Of a stretch of 64,000 nucleotides of DNA, positions 9,193-18,706 are shown piece after piece. The stretch is from a virus. The number at the start of each line of letters is the position of its first letter. Within the stretch, counting starts at the first letter, position 1. Location of the stretch: positions 1 through 64,000 of the IMG/VR virus record IMGVR_UViG_3300009155_000048, one strand, 5' to 3'. Under the pieces are notes generated by a model, which worked only from the letters and a program-made list of their open reading frames with translations, was not told the origin of the DNA and did no database searches. The translations under genes and the position numbers were made by a program.

Positions 9193-10624
9193 TCTGATTA
9201 ATAAGTGCATTACGATCCTCCTTTAAAGCAGACATGACATCAAATACTCTATCGGAAAATCCAGCTAAACAGTAAATTTGATTTTGCGGCATTTGTAGTG
9301 TGCCAAGTCCAGCTAAATCAAAGCTGAATATGTGTGGGTTACAATTAAACTTCGACTTGTAAGAATTCAATTGAATTAAAGGACTATCATGTCCAATAAA
9401 AGATTGCATATCAGAAAGAATTATCATATTATCATAAGCTTTATTTGCCTTAACAAAAACATCTCTTAGGTTTGTACCACCACCACTGAATCGGAAACTG
9501 TTTCTAATTGTAAGAATAGAATCCATTGGATTGTATTGCTTATAGTTAGCTGATGTTGCGAATGTCATAACATCACAGTTGTTAGCTTTTGCTAACATAG
9601 CTCCGAAAAGTGATGCAATCTCGGATGGACGACCACTCATAGAACCCGATACATCAAGTACAACAAGAGTTTCACCATCAAATTTTGGCACATTCATACC
9701 AGAGATATCAAGAGCTTGGTTAATAGCAGTTAGTACTTTTCTAACATCAGAAGATGCACCCAACTTAGAAATTTCTTCATAAGCTGTTACAAAACGGAAA
9801 GGAAGAACTTTACTTCTTGAAATCATATATTCATCAGTCAATAAATCACAAGCTGCTGGAATAGCTTGAGGTGCTTGATTGATTATATTTCTCAAGTTTC
9901 TCAAAAGAGCAAAGTAACCAATCTTCTTAGTAGAGATTAACTCAACCCAAGCATCAGACTTCAATTTAGCCAAATCTCCTTCATCAGAAGCTTGTTGACC
10001 AGCTTGTGATAACATTGACTCCCAAGTTTGAGTATTCTTCAACTTATCATTAACAAGTGCGTTAAGAGCTGACTTGTTTCTTTCAGTTGGTACTGGATGA
10101 ACTAAGTTAACGATATCTACCAACTTAACTTCTTTGTTTTCGCCTTTATACTTAGCCAATTGATAAGCATCAAACTTATCAAAAGCTTTAGCAAAACCTT
10201 TCTTCAAAGAGTTTGGAAACTTAGGATGATTCTTATCAGTCTTGTTTGCCAAGTAATAAGACATGATTTCAGTCATATCATCAACACGACTAACAACTTT
10301 ATCATAAAAGTTTTTACCCCATTCTTTACCAGAAAGATCAGAAGCTAATTCACCGGCAAGTGCGTGTGTAATACTTCTCATACCAAATTCATCACGAGCA
10401 AAGATTGCGGCTTTAGCAGCAAATTCTTTGTTACTCATAGATTTAATTTGTTTCTTCAAGTCTTCCAATGTTTGGTTGGAATCACGATAGAATTGGTTAT
10501 TAACAAATGAAGTCAATAACAGAGAAACAAGAGCTAATTCATTAGACTCTTTATAAGCCTCACCACCAGCGTGGTTTGTAGTTTTTGTCTTTGGTTTTAC
10601 TACTGTTGCATTAAATTTTGACAT
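9173..10624 (-). CDS. rsr: Ro60/TROVE-domain RNA-binding protein with C-terminal vWA domain
   Basis: TNHAGGEAY, YQLAKY, TWE, ALLRNLRN, PFRF, DVSGSM (MIDAS), GGTN, ILSDMQ. Confidence 0.93.
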   Translation of the reverse strand: MSKFNATVVKPKTKTTNHAGGEAYKESNELALVSLLLTSFVNNQFYRDSNQTLEDLKKQIKSMSNKEFAAKAAIFARDEFGMRSITHALAGELASDLSGKEWGKNFYDKVVSRVDDMTEIMSYYLANKTDKNHPKFPNSLKKGFAKAFDKFDAYQLAKYKGENKEVKLVDIVNLVHPVPTERNKSALNALVNDKLKNTQTWESMLSQAGQQASDEGDLAKLKSDAWVELISTKKIGYFALLRNLRNIINQAPQAIPAACDLLTDEYMISRSKVLPFRFVTAYEEISKLGASSDVRKVLTAINQALDISGMNVPKFDGETLVVLDVSGSMSGRPSEIASLFGAMLAKANNCDVMTFATSANYKQYNPMDSILTIRNSFRFSGGGTNLRDVFVKANKAYDNMIILSDMQSFIGHDSPLIQLNSYKSKFNCNPHIFSFDLAGLGTLQMPQNQIYCLAGFSDRVFDVMSALKEDRNALINQINSISL

Positions 10625-10657
10625 AGTTTTATATTTTTATTTTATTTATTTAAACGT

Positions 10658-10693
10658 AAAAGACCAGATTCACTTTTGGTAAATCTGGTCTTT
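10658..10693 (-). terminator. Hairpin/terminator between Y-like RNAs and Ro60
   Basis: AAAGACCAGATT...AATCTGGTCTTT inverted repeat followed by T-run on minus strand. Confidence 0.6.
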
Positions 10694-10700
10694 AATAAAT

Positions 10701-10990
10701 TTGAGGGACAGGAAAAGCTAGTTGAGCTGTCACAAGAGCTTTCTATTAGAGCGTATCTAACTTTGAAAGTTTGTCGAAATTTTTATTAGGATGTTTTTCT
10801 CCACCCAACTTTTTTATGGTCTTTAGTTTCAACCCCATATAGTTTAGTTCTTTCTGGTAGAACCATTGTTGTCAATGAACCAGTCTTTTTAACCACTTTT
10901 GGTGGGAAACATCAAGCTTGACAAGCCATTCTGTTTTTTTAAATCATAGTTTAATTTACGAAGTATCTCATCCTATGACCATGTCCTCAA
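10701..10990 (-). ncRNA. Putative long (~290 nt) Y-like RNA
   Basis: Termini pair (UUGAGGACAUGG / CCUGUCCCUCAA); UGAGAUACUUCG...CUCA motif shared with neighbouring RNA; directly upstream of Ro60. Confidence 0.65.
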
Positions 10991-11004
10991 ACATATATAA
11001 TCGA

Positions 11005-11069
11005 CCAGAGTAATCTATAAATGAGTGTTTTTTCATATCCTGCGAAGTAACTCATTTATTCACTACTGG
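11005..11069 (-). ncRNA. Putative short (~65 nt) Y-like RNA
   Basis: CCAG/CUGG ends, perfect AUAAAUGAGU/ACUCAUUUAU stem, GAGUUACUUCG motif. Confidence 0.65.
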
Positions 11070-11215
11070 AGTGTTTTTCTTTTATTCTGTGTTTCTAAAA
11101 AGTTTAGATAATCTCTAAAATTATTTTCTAAATTTCTCTTTCACACCGAACTGAGAATTTTTATATACTAACAATTAAAAAAATTAAAACTTTTTTAATT
11201 ATTTTTTTGTAATGA

Positions 11216-11269
11216 TATATATGAACACTAAAATTTGTATTTTTTCAAGGGTGGATTTTTTATAGATTA
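11216..11269 (-). promoter_or_regulatory. Promoter with upstream element CTATAAAAAATCC-N31-TATATA (Ro60/Y-RNA locus)
   Basis: 29-nt exact repeat with 54156-54184; same spacing to TATATA. Confidence 0.6.
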
Positions 11270-11309
11270 CCTTTATAAAAAGTGAAAAGTGAAAATAATA
11301 TATACATTT

Positions 11310-12092
11310 ATGAGACATTTATCAAACTATAAACAATTCAATGAAGAATTAATAATTCAACAAACTATTGATTATATCAATTTATCTATTAATGAGTCAT
11401 CAGATAACAAATCTATTTGGGATAACATTGTAAGTAAACTAAAAGGTCTTTCTGTAGATGGTAGAAAAAAGTTGATTAAATATGCTGTCGGAACACTCTT
11501 AGTTTTCAATACTATAACAAATGTTATTCAAATAATTAACAACTCTAACGCATCATCAGAAGATAAAGAAATTGCAATAGAAATGGTTGAAGAAAAAGAT
11601 AAAGAAGTTTTTAAACCTGGGTATGAATTTAAACTTTCAGAGGCTGGTTGGAACCATATCAAAAGTGAAGAAAAGTGTGAATTAAAAGCTTATACAATTG
11701 GAGATGGTAAAGTTACGGTTGGATATGGACATGCTGAGGATATTATTAAAACTAAATTAAGAAAAGGTCAAAAGATAACACAAGCTCAAGCTGATAAGTA
11801 TCTAAGAGAAGATCTAAAAGTAGCAGCTGATGGTGTAAGAAGAATATTCCAAGATTGGAATGATAGAGGAATAGATGTGAAAATATCACAAAGTATGTTT
11901 GATGCTTTAGTATCATTGGCTTTTAATTCGGGTGTTGGTAGTTTAAGACAATCGGAACTAATACAACACATCAAAAAAGGTGAGTTAAAATTAGCAGGTG
12001 ACTCAATTAAAGATTACAACTTAAATAAAAAATTTCCAGGATTAGAAACCAGAAGAGAAAAAGAAAGTGAAATGTTTTTAGCTTCTTTATAA
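11310..12092 (+). CDS. GH24 phage lysozyme with N-terminal extension; probable start ATG 11310
   Basis: IKSEE..ELKAY...DGKVTVGYGH, QSMFDALVSLAFNSG, GLETRREKE. Confidence 0.88.
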   Translation: MRHLSNYKQFNEELIIQQTIDYINLSINESSDNKSIWDNIVSKLKGLSVDGRKKLIKYAVGTLLVFNTITNVIQIINNSNASSEDKEIAIEMVEEKDKEVFKPGYEFKLSEAGWNHIKSEEKCELKAYTIGDGKVTVGYGHAEDIIKTKLRKGQKITQAQADKYLREDLKVAADGVRRIFQDWNDRGIDVKISQSMFDALVSLAFNSGVGSLRQSELIQHIKKGELKLAGDSIKDYNLNKKFPGLETRREKESEMFLASL

Positions 12093-12097
12093 AAATA

Positions 12098-13147
12098 TTA
12101 TAGACCATATTTTCTCCAACCAGACCAACCACAATTCTTATAAGATTTTTCCGGTTTTTGTGGATATCTCAAGTCAGGATTTTCTTTAGCATATTTTCTA
12201 TAACTAGTTATTGTATTTATAACTCCACTTTTTACTAAATCAGGTACAATAATTTCAAACTCTTCATAAGATATACACTTTCTTAGTTTCTCTCTGTGTT
12301 CTAATGTAAATACTCTATTTTTTAGACTTTCTGACAACTTCATCTTAGTTTCATCAGATAATTTTAGTTTATCAGATCCTTTATTCAACTTCTTATAGTT
12401 AGTATCTTTTAACTTCTGTCTATGTTCATCTGTAAATAATTCACCATTATCACTTTTATTTTTAAGAGATTTTGATATTCTATCATACCATTCTTGCTTA
12501 AGATCATCTGGTTTATTTATTCTTGCATCATTCATTCTTTTAACCATGAAATTTATTTCAACTTCTGAATAATTTGAAAACTGCTCTAATGTCTTCTCTC
12601 TTATTTTCTCTACGGTCTCTACACTTCGTTTAATACCAAACATAGGGTTTAGTTCTCCTCTATTACCAAAATTAGAATTTAATGTACCTACTCTTTTAGA
12701 AGCTTTCTCTGATAGTTTCTGTTTTAACTCAATTGATCTTTCAACTCCTACAATTTCTTCTAGTTTCTTTCCTTTGTTATGGTGTTCACCAATCCAAGTT
12801 ACACCACCATCACCACCATCAGTTGTGTTTAACAGCGGTCCTAAACCATCACAAGATTTACCTATTAGTCTAATTGTTGAAATCTCATAACTATCATAAT
12901 TTTCTTTTGTTAATCCTTCAATTATCTTAACTATTTTTGGTTCAAACCCATCATTTAATATACTTTTAATTTTAGATATTATTAAATTATTCTTTCCTTT
13001 TCTACTACCATTTGCAACTCTAAGATGTGTTAAGTATCTATCATTAACACCTTTACCAATATAAAAAGGTTCATACTCAAAATGGAAATCTCCAAATGAA
13101 TATGAACCTTTTTTTCTTGTGTCTAAATAAACATAAATATAATACAT
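12098..13147 (-). CDS. GIY-YIG (LEM3-like) homing endonuclease with NUMOD3-like repeats
   Basis: YYIYVYLD...PFYIGKG...R, NTTDGGDG, NPMFGIKRS.ET; sits downstream of nrdA. Confidence 0.8.
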   Translation of the reverse strand: MYYIYVYLDTRKKGSYSFGDFHFEYEPFYIGKGVNDRYLTHLRVANGSRKGKNNLIISKIKSILNDGFEPKIVKIIEGLTKENYDSYEISTIRLIGKSCDGLGPLLNTTDGGDGGVTWIGEHHNKGKKLEEIVGVERSIELKQKLSEKASKRVGTLNSNFGNRGELNPMFGIKRSVETVEKIREKTLEQFSNYSEVEINFMVKRMNDARINKPDDLKQEWYDRISKSLKNKSDNGELFTDEHRQKLKDTNYKKLNKGSDKLKLSDETKMKLSESLKNRVFTLEHREKLRKCISYEEFEIIVPDLVKSGVINTITSYRKYAKENPDLRYPQKPEKSYKNCGWSGWRKYGL

Positions 13148-13213
13148 AAAATGATTGTTTTCTTTTATATATTAAGTTATGTTATGTCCCTCAACAAAAA
13201 CAAGTATCCGGGA

Positions 13214-15790
13214 TTACGAACCACATGCCATGCATTCCCCAGGATCTGAATCTAAGCTACACGAGATTTCAGCCATTTGTTCTTCAACTGTTTTTTGAAC
13301 AATTGCTTCTGGAGCTTTTGATTCTTGAACAGTGAACTTAACAGCGTCAGCCGCTGACTTAGTTCTCAAGTAATACATACCAGTCTTCAAATTACTCTTT
13401 GTCTCACGGTAAAATTTAGGATTACCATCTTTATCATAAACCACTTGACAATTAGGATCATTTACCGGAATAATTGGTTGACCATTAGAATCATTTAAGA
13501 AAGAACGTCTTCCCCAACCATAGAAGTGCATTGCTGTTAACTTACCAAAGTTTACATTTTCCATAAACACATTCATAGATTGTGTTTGGTCGATAAATGC
13601 TCCCCTATCAGCCGCCATATCAATAACATCTTTTTGTTTGATTTCCCAAACTGTTTTGAAAATCTCTTTCAAATTAGTTGGTACTTCTGGTACATTTTGT
13701 ACAGAACCATTTTGTTGAATAATCTTATTCTTAACAGAGTCATTCCAAATACCAAGTTTTACTAATTCTTTTACTAAGTATTTATTTACCATAATAAATT
13801 CACCAGAGATAACTCTTCTTAAATAAAGATTTGAAGTTTGTGCTTCACAAGATGCCTCATTTCCTAAGATAGATGCGGTAGAAGCCGTTGGCATAATACA
13901 AGTTGTTAAAGAATTTCTAACACCACATTTAAGAATATCTTCTCTTAATTTCTTCCAATCCCATCTATCAGTTGTAGTTGATCCCCACAAATCAAATTGG
14001 AATTTACCTTGTGAAATAGGTGAACCTTTGTATGTTGCATAATGTCCTGATTCTTTAGCTAAATCACAAGATGCTCTCATTGCCGCATAATAGATAGTTT
14101 CAAAAATTTGTTTATTTACACCTCTAGCCTCTTGAGAATCATAAGATGTTCCCATTAAGAAAAATACATCAGCCAATCCTTGAACACCCAAACCAATTGG
14201 TCTATGTAATAGATTAGAGAATTTCGCTGCTCTTGACGGATAGTAATTAACATCAATAACATTATTCAAATTGATAGTTGCTTGATAAGCTACATCATAC
14301 AGTTTATTATAGTTGTATGTCTTATTCTTATTGACAAATTTAGTCAATGAGATTGAAGCCAAGTTACAAACAGCTGTTTCATTTACCGACTCTTCACCCC
14401 AGAATTCACCTAATCCAACCGATTCAAGTAATTCTTTATTTTGAAGGATTTCTTTCTGTACTTTAGTAATTCCAGTCACCTCAACAATTTCCGCACAAAG
14501 ATTAGAACTCTTAACTACACCAATGTTAGCTTGGTTTGATTTCTCATTAATTGAATCTTTATAAAGAATATATGGGGTACCAGTTTCAACTTGTGACTCA
14601 AGAACTTTATTCCATAAATCTCTAGCCTTAACTACTTTCTTACCATAACCTTTAGATTCATAGTCCAAGTAAATTTTTCTGAAATCCTCACCATAAGTCT
14701 CAGTTAAACCGGGACATTCGTGGGGACACATTAAAGTCCAATCTTCATCTAAGTCAACTCTTTCCATAAAGATATCATTTGCCCAAAGTGCTAAGAAAAG
14801 GTCACGAGCACGTAATTCTTCTTTACCTTGATTCTTTCTCAAATCCAAAAAGTCAAAAATATCAGAGTGCCAAGGCTCTAGGTAGATGGCCATCGATCCT
14901 TTACGTTTTCCACCCCCTTGGTCAACCGCTCTTGCTGTTTCATTAAAGATTTTCAAGAATGGGATAATACCATTTGATGTTCCGTTTGTACCAGCAATAT
15001 AAGTACCTTTAGCTCTGATTTTGTTGAAAGCAATTCCAATACCACCAGCGTTTTTAGAGATTTGAGCAGATTCTTTAAGAGTATTAAAAATGCCTTCAAT
15101 AGAATCATCTTCCATATCTAATAAGAAACAAGATGATAATTGTGGTCTACCTGTACCAGAGTTAAAAAGGGTTGGAGTTGCGTGTGTATAGTAACCCTCA
15201 GAAAGTAAATTATAAGTTTCAATTACTTTAACAAGGTTCTCACCCCAAACCTGTAACGCAGTTCTCATATACATATATTGAGGACGCTCAGCAACTTTAC
15301 CATTCAACTTCAATAGGTAACTTCTTTCTAAAACTTTGAATCCAAAATAGTCAAAATTGTGGTCTCTAGAATGAACAATAGCCGAATCCAATTCATCAGC
15401 ATGTTTCATAACAATGTTATAGAAAGATTGTGAAACAACTGGTGAGTGTTTTCTTGTATTTGGATCCGTGTAGTTATATAAATCTTTAACTGTTTCACTG
15501 AAACTCTTTTTAGTCTCCTTGTGTAAAGAAGTAATTGCAATTCTTGCTGCTAATGTTGCATAATCTGGGTGCTTAGTAGTAAGAGCAGCAGCAGTTTCCA
15601 TAGCTAATTGATCCAATACTCTTGTTTCAATATCTGGAGTAATTCCTTCAATAACTTTTTGAGCAATCTCGAATGGTTGAATCCATTTCGGATCTAATCC
15701 ATAAGTTTGCTGATTGATTCTATCCAGAACTTTATCAAGCATTACTGGCTCTTTTTTGCCGTTTCTTTTTGTGACTTTTATATTAATCAT
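13214..15790 (-). CDS. nrdA: Ribonucleotide reductase class Ia alpha subunit with ATP cone
   Basis: VTKRNG ATP cone, ATPTLFN, SSCFL, SNLCAEI, MPTAS, KTGMYYLR, C-terminal CxxC. Confidence 0.97.
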   Translation of the reverse strand: MINIKVTKRNGKKEPVMLDKVLDRINQQTYGLDPKWIQPFEIAQKVIEGITPDIETRVLDQLAMETAAALTTKHPDYATLAARIAITSLHKETKKSFSETVKDLYNYTDPNTRKHSPVVSQSFYNIVMKHADELDSAIVHSRDHNFDYFGFKVLERSYLLKLNGKVAERPQYMYMRTALQVWGENLVKVIETYNLLSEGYYTHATPTLFNSGTGRPQLSSCFLLDMEDDSIEGIFNTLKESAQISKNAGGIGIAFNKIRAKGTYIAGTNGTSNGIIPFLKIFNETARAVDQGGGKRKGSMAIYLEPWHSDIFDFLDLRKNQGKEELRARDLFLALWANDIFMERVDLDEDWTLMCPHECPGLTETYGEDFRKIYLDYESKGYGKKVVKARDLWNKVLESQVETGTPYILYKDSINEKSNQANIGVVKSSNLCAEIVEVTGITKVQKEILQNKELLESVGLGEFWGEESVNETAVCNLASISLTKFVNKNKTYNYNKLYDVAYQATINLNNVIDVNYYPSRAAKFSNLLHRPIGLGVQGLADVFFLMGTSYDSQEARGVNKQIFETIYYAAMRASCDLAKESGHYATYKGSPISQGKFQFDLWGSTTTDRWDWKKLREDILKCGVRNSLTTCIMPTASTASILGNEASCEAQTSNLYLRRVISGEFIMVNKYLVKELVKLGIWNDSVKNKIIQQNGSVQNVPEVPTNLKEIFKTVWEIKQKDVIDMAADRGAFIDQTQSMNVFMENVNFGKLTAMHFYGWGRRSFLNDSNGQPIIPVNDPNCQVVYDKDGNPKFYRETKSNLKTGMYYLRTKSAADAVKFTVQESKAPEAIVQKTVEEQMAEISCSLDSDPGECMACGS

Positions 15791-15892
15791 GTTAATTTAT
15801 TTTTTTGTATTGATATATATCGATCTATTTTTTAATAGTTTAATCTTATGTTTGTTTTTTTCAATTTTTTGTATTACCTTAAAAAATATTTT

Positions 15893-16849
15893 TTATAGAA
15901 AATCTATGTGATTTAATTTATTTAGATTATACTTGAATTTGGTGTTATTTAAAATCTTTGTAATATTTTTAATATCTATTTCATAGATTTTTTCATATGA
16001 GTTTACTCTAAAAGTAGATGTTCCATAATCAGCTTCTATAACAACACCTGTAATATGTATTAGCTCAGTCACCATACCAGATGGATCTTCTCCTAAAAAT
16101 TCAATCTCAGTTCCCTCATAGATATTTCTATTAGAAACTTCTTTAGAATAATTTTGTTTGCCTATATGGTCTTGTAATTCACTTATTATTAAATTTCTCC
16201 ACTTGTTATCCAATAACTTGAACATATTAAATAAATTATCTGAGAAATAAACCGCTAATTCATTAAACAATTCTATATTTGTAAAACTTTCTTTTTGAAG
16301 ATTAGTTTTTAACAAAAAATAATATTGATTAAAGTCAACACGAGATGGTTTTCTTCTGTTATTTAGAAAGTTAATATCTGTATGTTTTGATAATACTTCA
16401 TATACTTTTTCTTTAATTCTCTTTTCTTTAATATAGTTCTCATTATCTACTGATTCAAACCAATAATGAGAAGATTTATCTACTTCAAAACTATCATTGA
16501 AGCTAGTACCAGTCATTTCAAGAGAATCTTCGGTTAAAGGGTCTTCCTTTTTACCTTTAAAGATAGAATCATATTTTAAGCTATGCTTTCCTTGAATGGT
16601 ATGTTTTGACAAAACAACATCATCTGCAGGTACCTCTGGTTTCAAATCAAACTCTAAGTCTTCATCATCAATCTCAATAACATCATTTAGATGTTCATCA
16701 TCATCTTCAATATCAATTGATTCAGAATCTACTTCCGCATCTGAAGTAGATTCTTCTTCAATGGGTGTAGATTCAGTTGAATCTACACTTTCTTCATTAA
16801 AGTCGTCTTCTAAATCTAGATCTACATCTTTTTTCTTTTTAGCACTCAT
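15893..16849 (-). CDS. Hypothetical protein with acidic N-terminal region
   Basis: 318-aa ORF between helicase and nrdA. Confidence 0.65.
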   Translation of the reverse strand: MSAKKKKDVDLDLEDDFNEESVDSTESTPIEEESTSDAEVDSESIDIEDDDEHLNDVIEIDDEDLEFDLKPEVPADDVVLSKHTIQGKHSLKYDSIFKGKKEDPLTEDSLEMTGTSFNDSFEVDKSSHYWFESVDNENYIKEKRIKEKVYEVLSKHTDINFLNNRRKPSRVDFNQYYFLLKTNLQKESFTNIELFNELAVYFSDNLFNMFKLLDNKWRNLIISELQDHIGKQNYSKEVSNRNIYEGTEIEFLGEDPSGMVTELIHITGVVIEADYGTSTFRVNSYEKIYEIDIKNITKILNNTKFKYNLNKLNHIDFL

Positions 16850-16868
16850 TTGTTTTGTTTATTTTTTA

Positions 16869-18200
16869 TTAGATAGAATCTAAAAACACATCATTTTCCA
16901 ATGTTAGATATGTCGAATTCAAATTTAATCTAACTTGTGATTTTAAAAAATCACCATCTCTTTGTTTTAACAATTTAAATCTATATATACCCTGTCTTTT
17001 CATCTCCTCAGTGCGAATTATGGCAAAGAAGCTATCAGCCGTCTCCGCTATTGCCTTAGATTCCGGAACTTGTTCTAAAGTAATATCGTTTGCATTCCAA
17101 GCATCCTTTGATACCTGTACTCCAGTAATAACCGGTATTTTAAATTTAGCACCAATTGCTCTTAATCCCTCAGCTAATGATTTACCTTTTGTATAAAGAT
17201 TATCACCAGCAATTCCTTTAACCGCAGCTACTAATGTTATATAATCAACAATAATTAAATCAATTTTAATTCCTTTTTTCTCTTTTAATTTCTGAACATA
17301 ATTATCAAAATCATTTACAGTAGCCGTTCCAGCTGCCCAAAACTTAGTAATAATCTTACCAACTTTTTTCTCGAACAAATCACCACTGTTATTATTTTTA
17401 AGGCTTTGTATTCTTTTCTTAATTGCTTCAGTGTCTTTACTTACAGTATCATAGTCATTAATAGGAATTCTCAATCTCATAGCACCAACACGCTTCATTA
17501 CCTTTCTCTCACTCATTTCAAGTGTGATATAAAGCACATTGTAACCCATATCAGCTGATTTAACCGCAAAGTTTTGCATCCACAATGATTTACCATTGTT
17601 TGTTTCAGCCATAATAACATTTAGCGTTGAAATATCCCAACCACCACCAAGCATATGGTCAATGGTTTCAAATCCTGAACGGATTTTAAATTTAGCGGAA
17701 TCTTGTACGTGATTTTCTGGATCATCAAAGTCAGAACCCATATCATCATCATTAACAAAATCGGTTTTAGACATTTGGTCAACAATACTTTTAATCTTAT
17801 TTGCCGCAATAACAGCTGATTCAAAGTCATTGACAGTATCTAAGTTTCTTGTTTCATCAATTATATCAACAGTACCACTTTTCAATCTATTGGAAAGAAT
17901 CCAAGCATTGAATCTTGGAACAATAAAGTTAATCTCATCATATTCAATAAGATTAACAGTTAACATAGCCTTCAAAATTTCTTTAGTAATAAGACCATCG
18001 CGGTCTTCCAAAGAAACCATTTCTAAAATTTGCTTCGGATGTGGAACTTCTGCATCCGAATTTTTCATCATGTAATTTCGGAGAATTGTGTAAACAAATT
18101 GAATCTCAACATTCTTAAAGAAGAATGGTTCAACAATATCAAAATATCTCTTATTCTTGATAATATACGCAAAAAATACCTTTTCTAAAGATATTGTCAT
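16869..18200 (-). CDS. Replicative DNA helicase (T4 gp41/DnaB-like)
   Basis: AETNNGKS Walker A, YITLEMSE, IIVDY Walker B, ES.AIAETAD, LKQR. Confidence 0.92.
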   Translation of the reverse strand: MTISLEKVFFAYIIKNKRYFDIVEPFFFKNVEIQFVYTILRNYMMKNSDAEVPHPKQILEMVSLEDRDGLITKEILKAMLTVNLIEYDEINFIVPRFNAWILSNRLKSGTVDIIDETRNLDTVNDFESAVIAANKIKSIVDQMSKTDFVNDDDMGSDFDDPENHVQDSAKFKIRSGFETIDHMLGGGWDISTLNVIMAETNNGKSLWMQNFAVKSADMGYNVLYITLEMSERKVMKRVGAMRLRIPINDYDTVSKDTEAIKKRIQSLKNNNSGDLFEKKVGKIITKFWAAGTATVNDFDNYVQKLKEKKGIKIDLIIVDYITLVAAVKGIAGDNLYTKGKSLAEGLRAIGAKFKIPVITGVQVSKDAWNANDITLEQVPESKAIAETADSFFAIIRTEEMKRQGIYRFKLLKQRDGDFLKSQVRLNLNSTYLTLENDVFLDSI

Positions 18201-18331
18201 TCAATATTAATTATTTTTTATTTATAGTTGCTGGGATAGTCTAAGTTTAATACATATTGTTCATGAAATTAATTCTCATTTACCAATTTTATTAATTTGT
18301 AAATTTTACCAGTTTATATTATAATAAAAAA

Positions 18332-18706
18332 TTAAGAAAATATCCAATTAAAATTTGGATATTTTTTTGTAATATGTGACCAATATCCACCACTAACATC
18401 ATTATCAACAATAATAGTGTCACCATCTTTAAGATTTTGTAAAATCACTTCTACAACTTTTGTAGCAATACCCTTTTGATTAGTAGAATTAACTATAGAT
18501 TTGATTTCTATAGCATCTTCATGAAATTTAAGTAAGAGTCCAAGAATAGAATCTTTTGAAATCAAAGAAACTTGTGGCCTGTTGAGTTTGTCTAATTCAG
18601 TAGAGGCCCATAAAAAGTTTTTAGTCACTTTAATATGTGGAAAATATGTAGATAACTCATTTGATATTTGAGTCATTAAGTTAAATTTATTGAATTCTAA
18701 TATCAT
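18332..18706 (-). CDS. Putative GNAT-fold protein
   Basis: IKSIVNSTNQKGIATKVV resembles acetyl-CoA binding Q/RxxGxA motif. Confidence 0.45.
   Translation of the reverse strand: MILEFNKFNLMTQISNELSTYFPHIKVTKNFLWASTELDKLNRPQVSLISKDSILGLLLKFHEDAIEIKSIVNSTNQKGIATKVVEVILQNLKDGDTIIVDNDVSGGYWSHITKKYPNFNWIFS

Noticed and set aside
11071-11160. Third Y-like RNA upstream of the other two
   Set aside because: Some AT-rich pairing is possible, but the shared GAG(A/U)UACUUCG motif is absent.
14370-14500. Intein or intron in nrdA near NLCAEI
   Set aside because: Only a short in-frame insertion before ETAVCNL; no intein blocks and no frame break.
15888-15898. Fourth copy of the CTATAAAAAATCC element upstream of nrdA
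   Set aside because: Only a partial match (lacks the CC) and the spacing to TATATA differs from the 31-32 nt seen at the other three.
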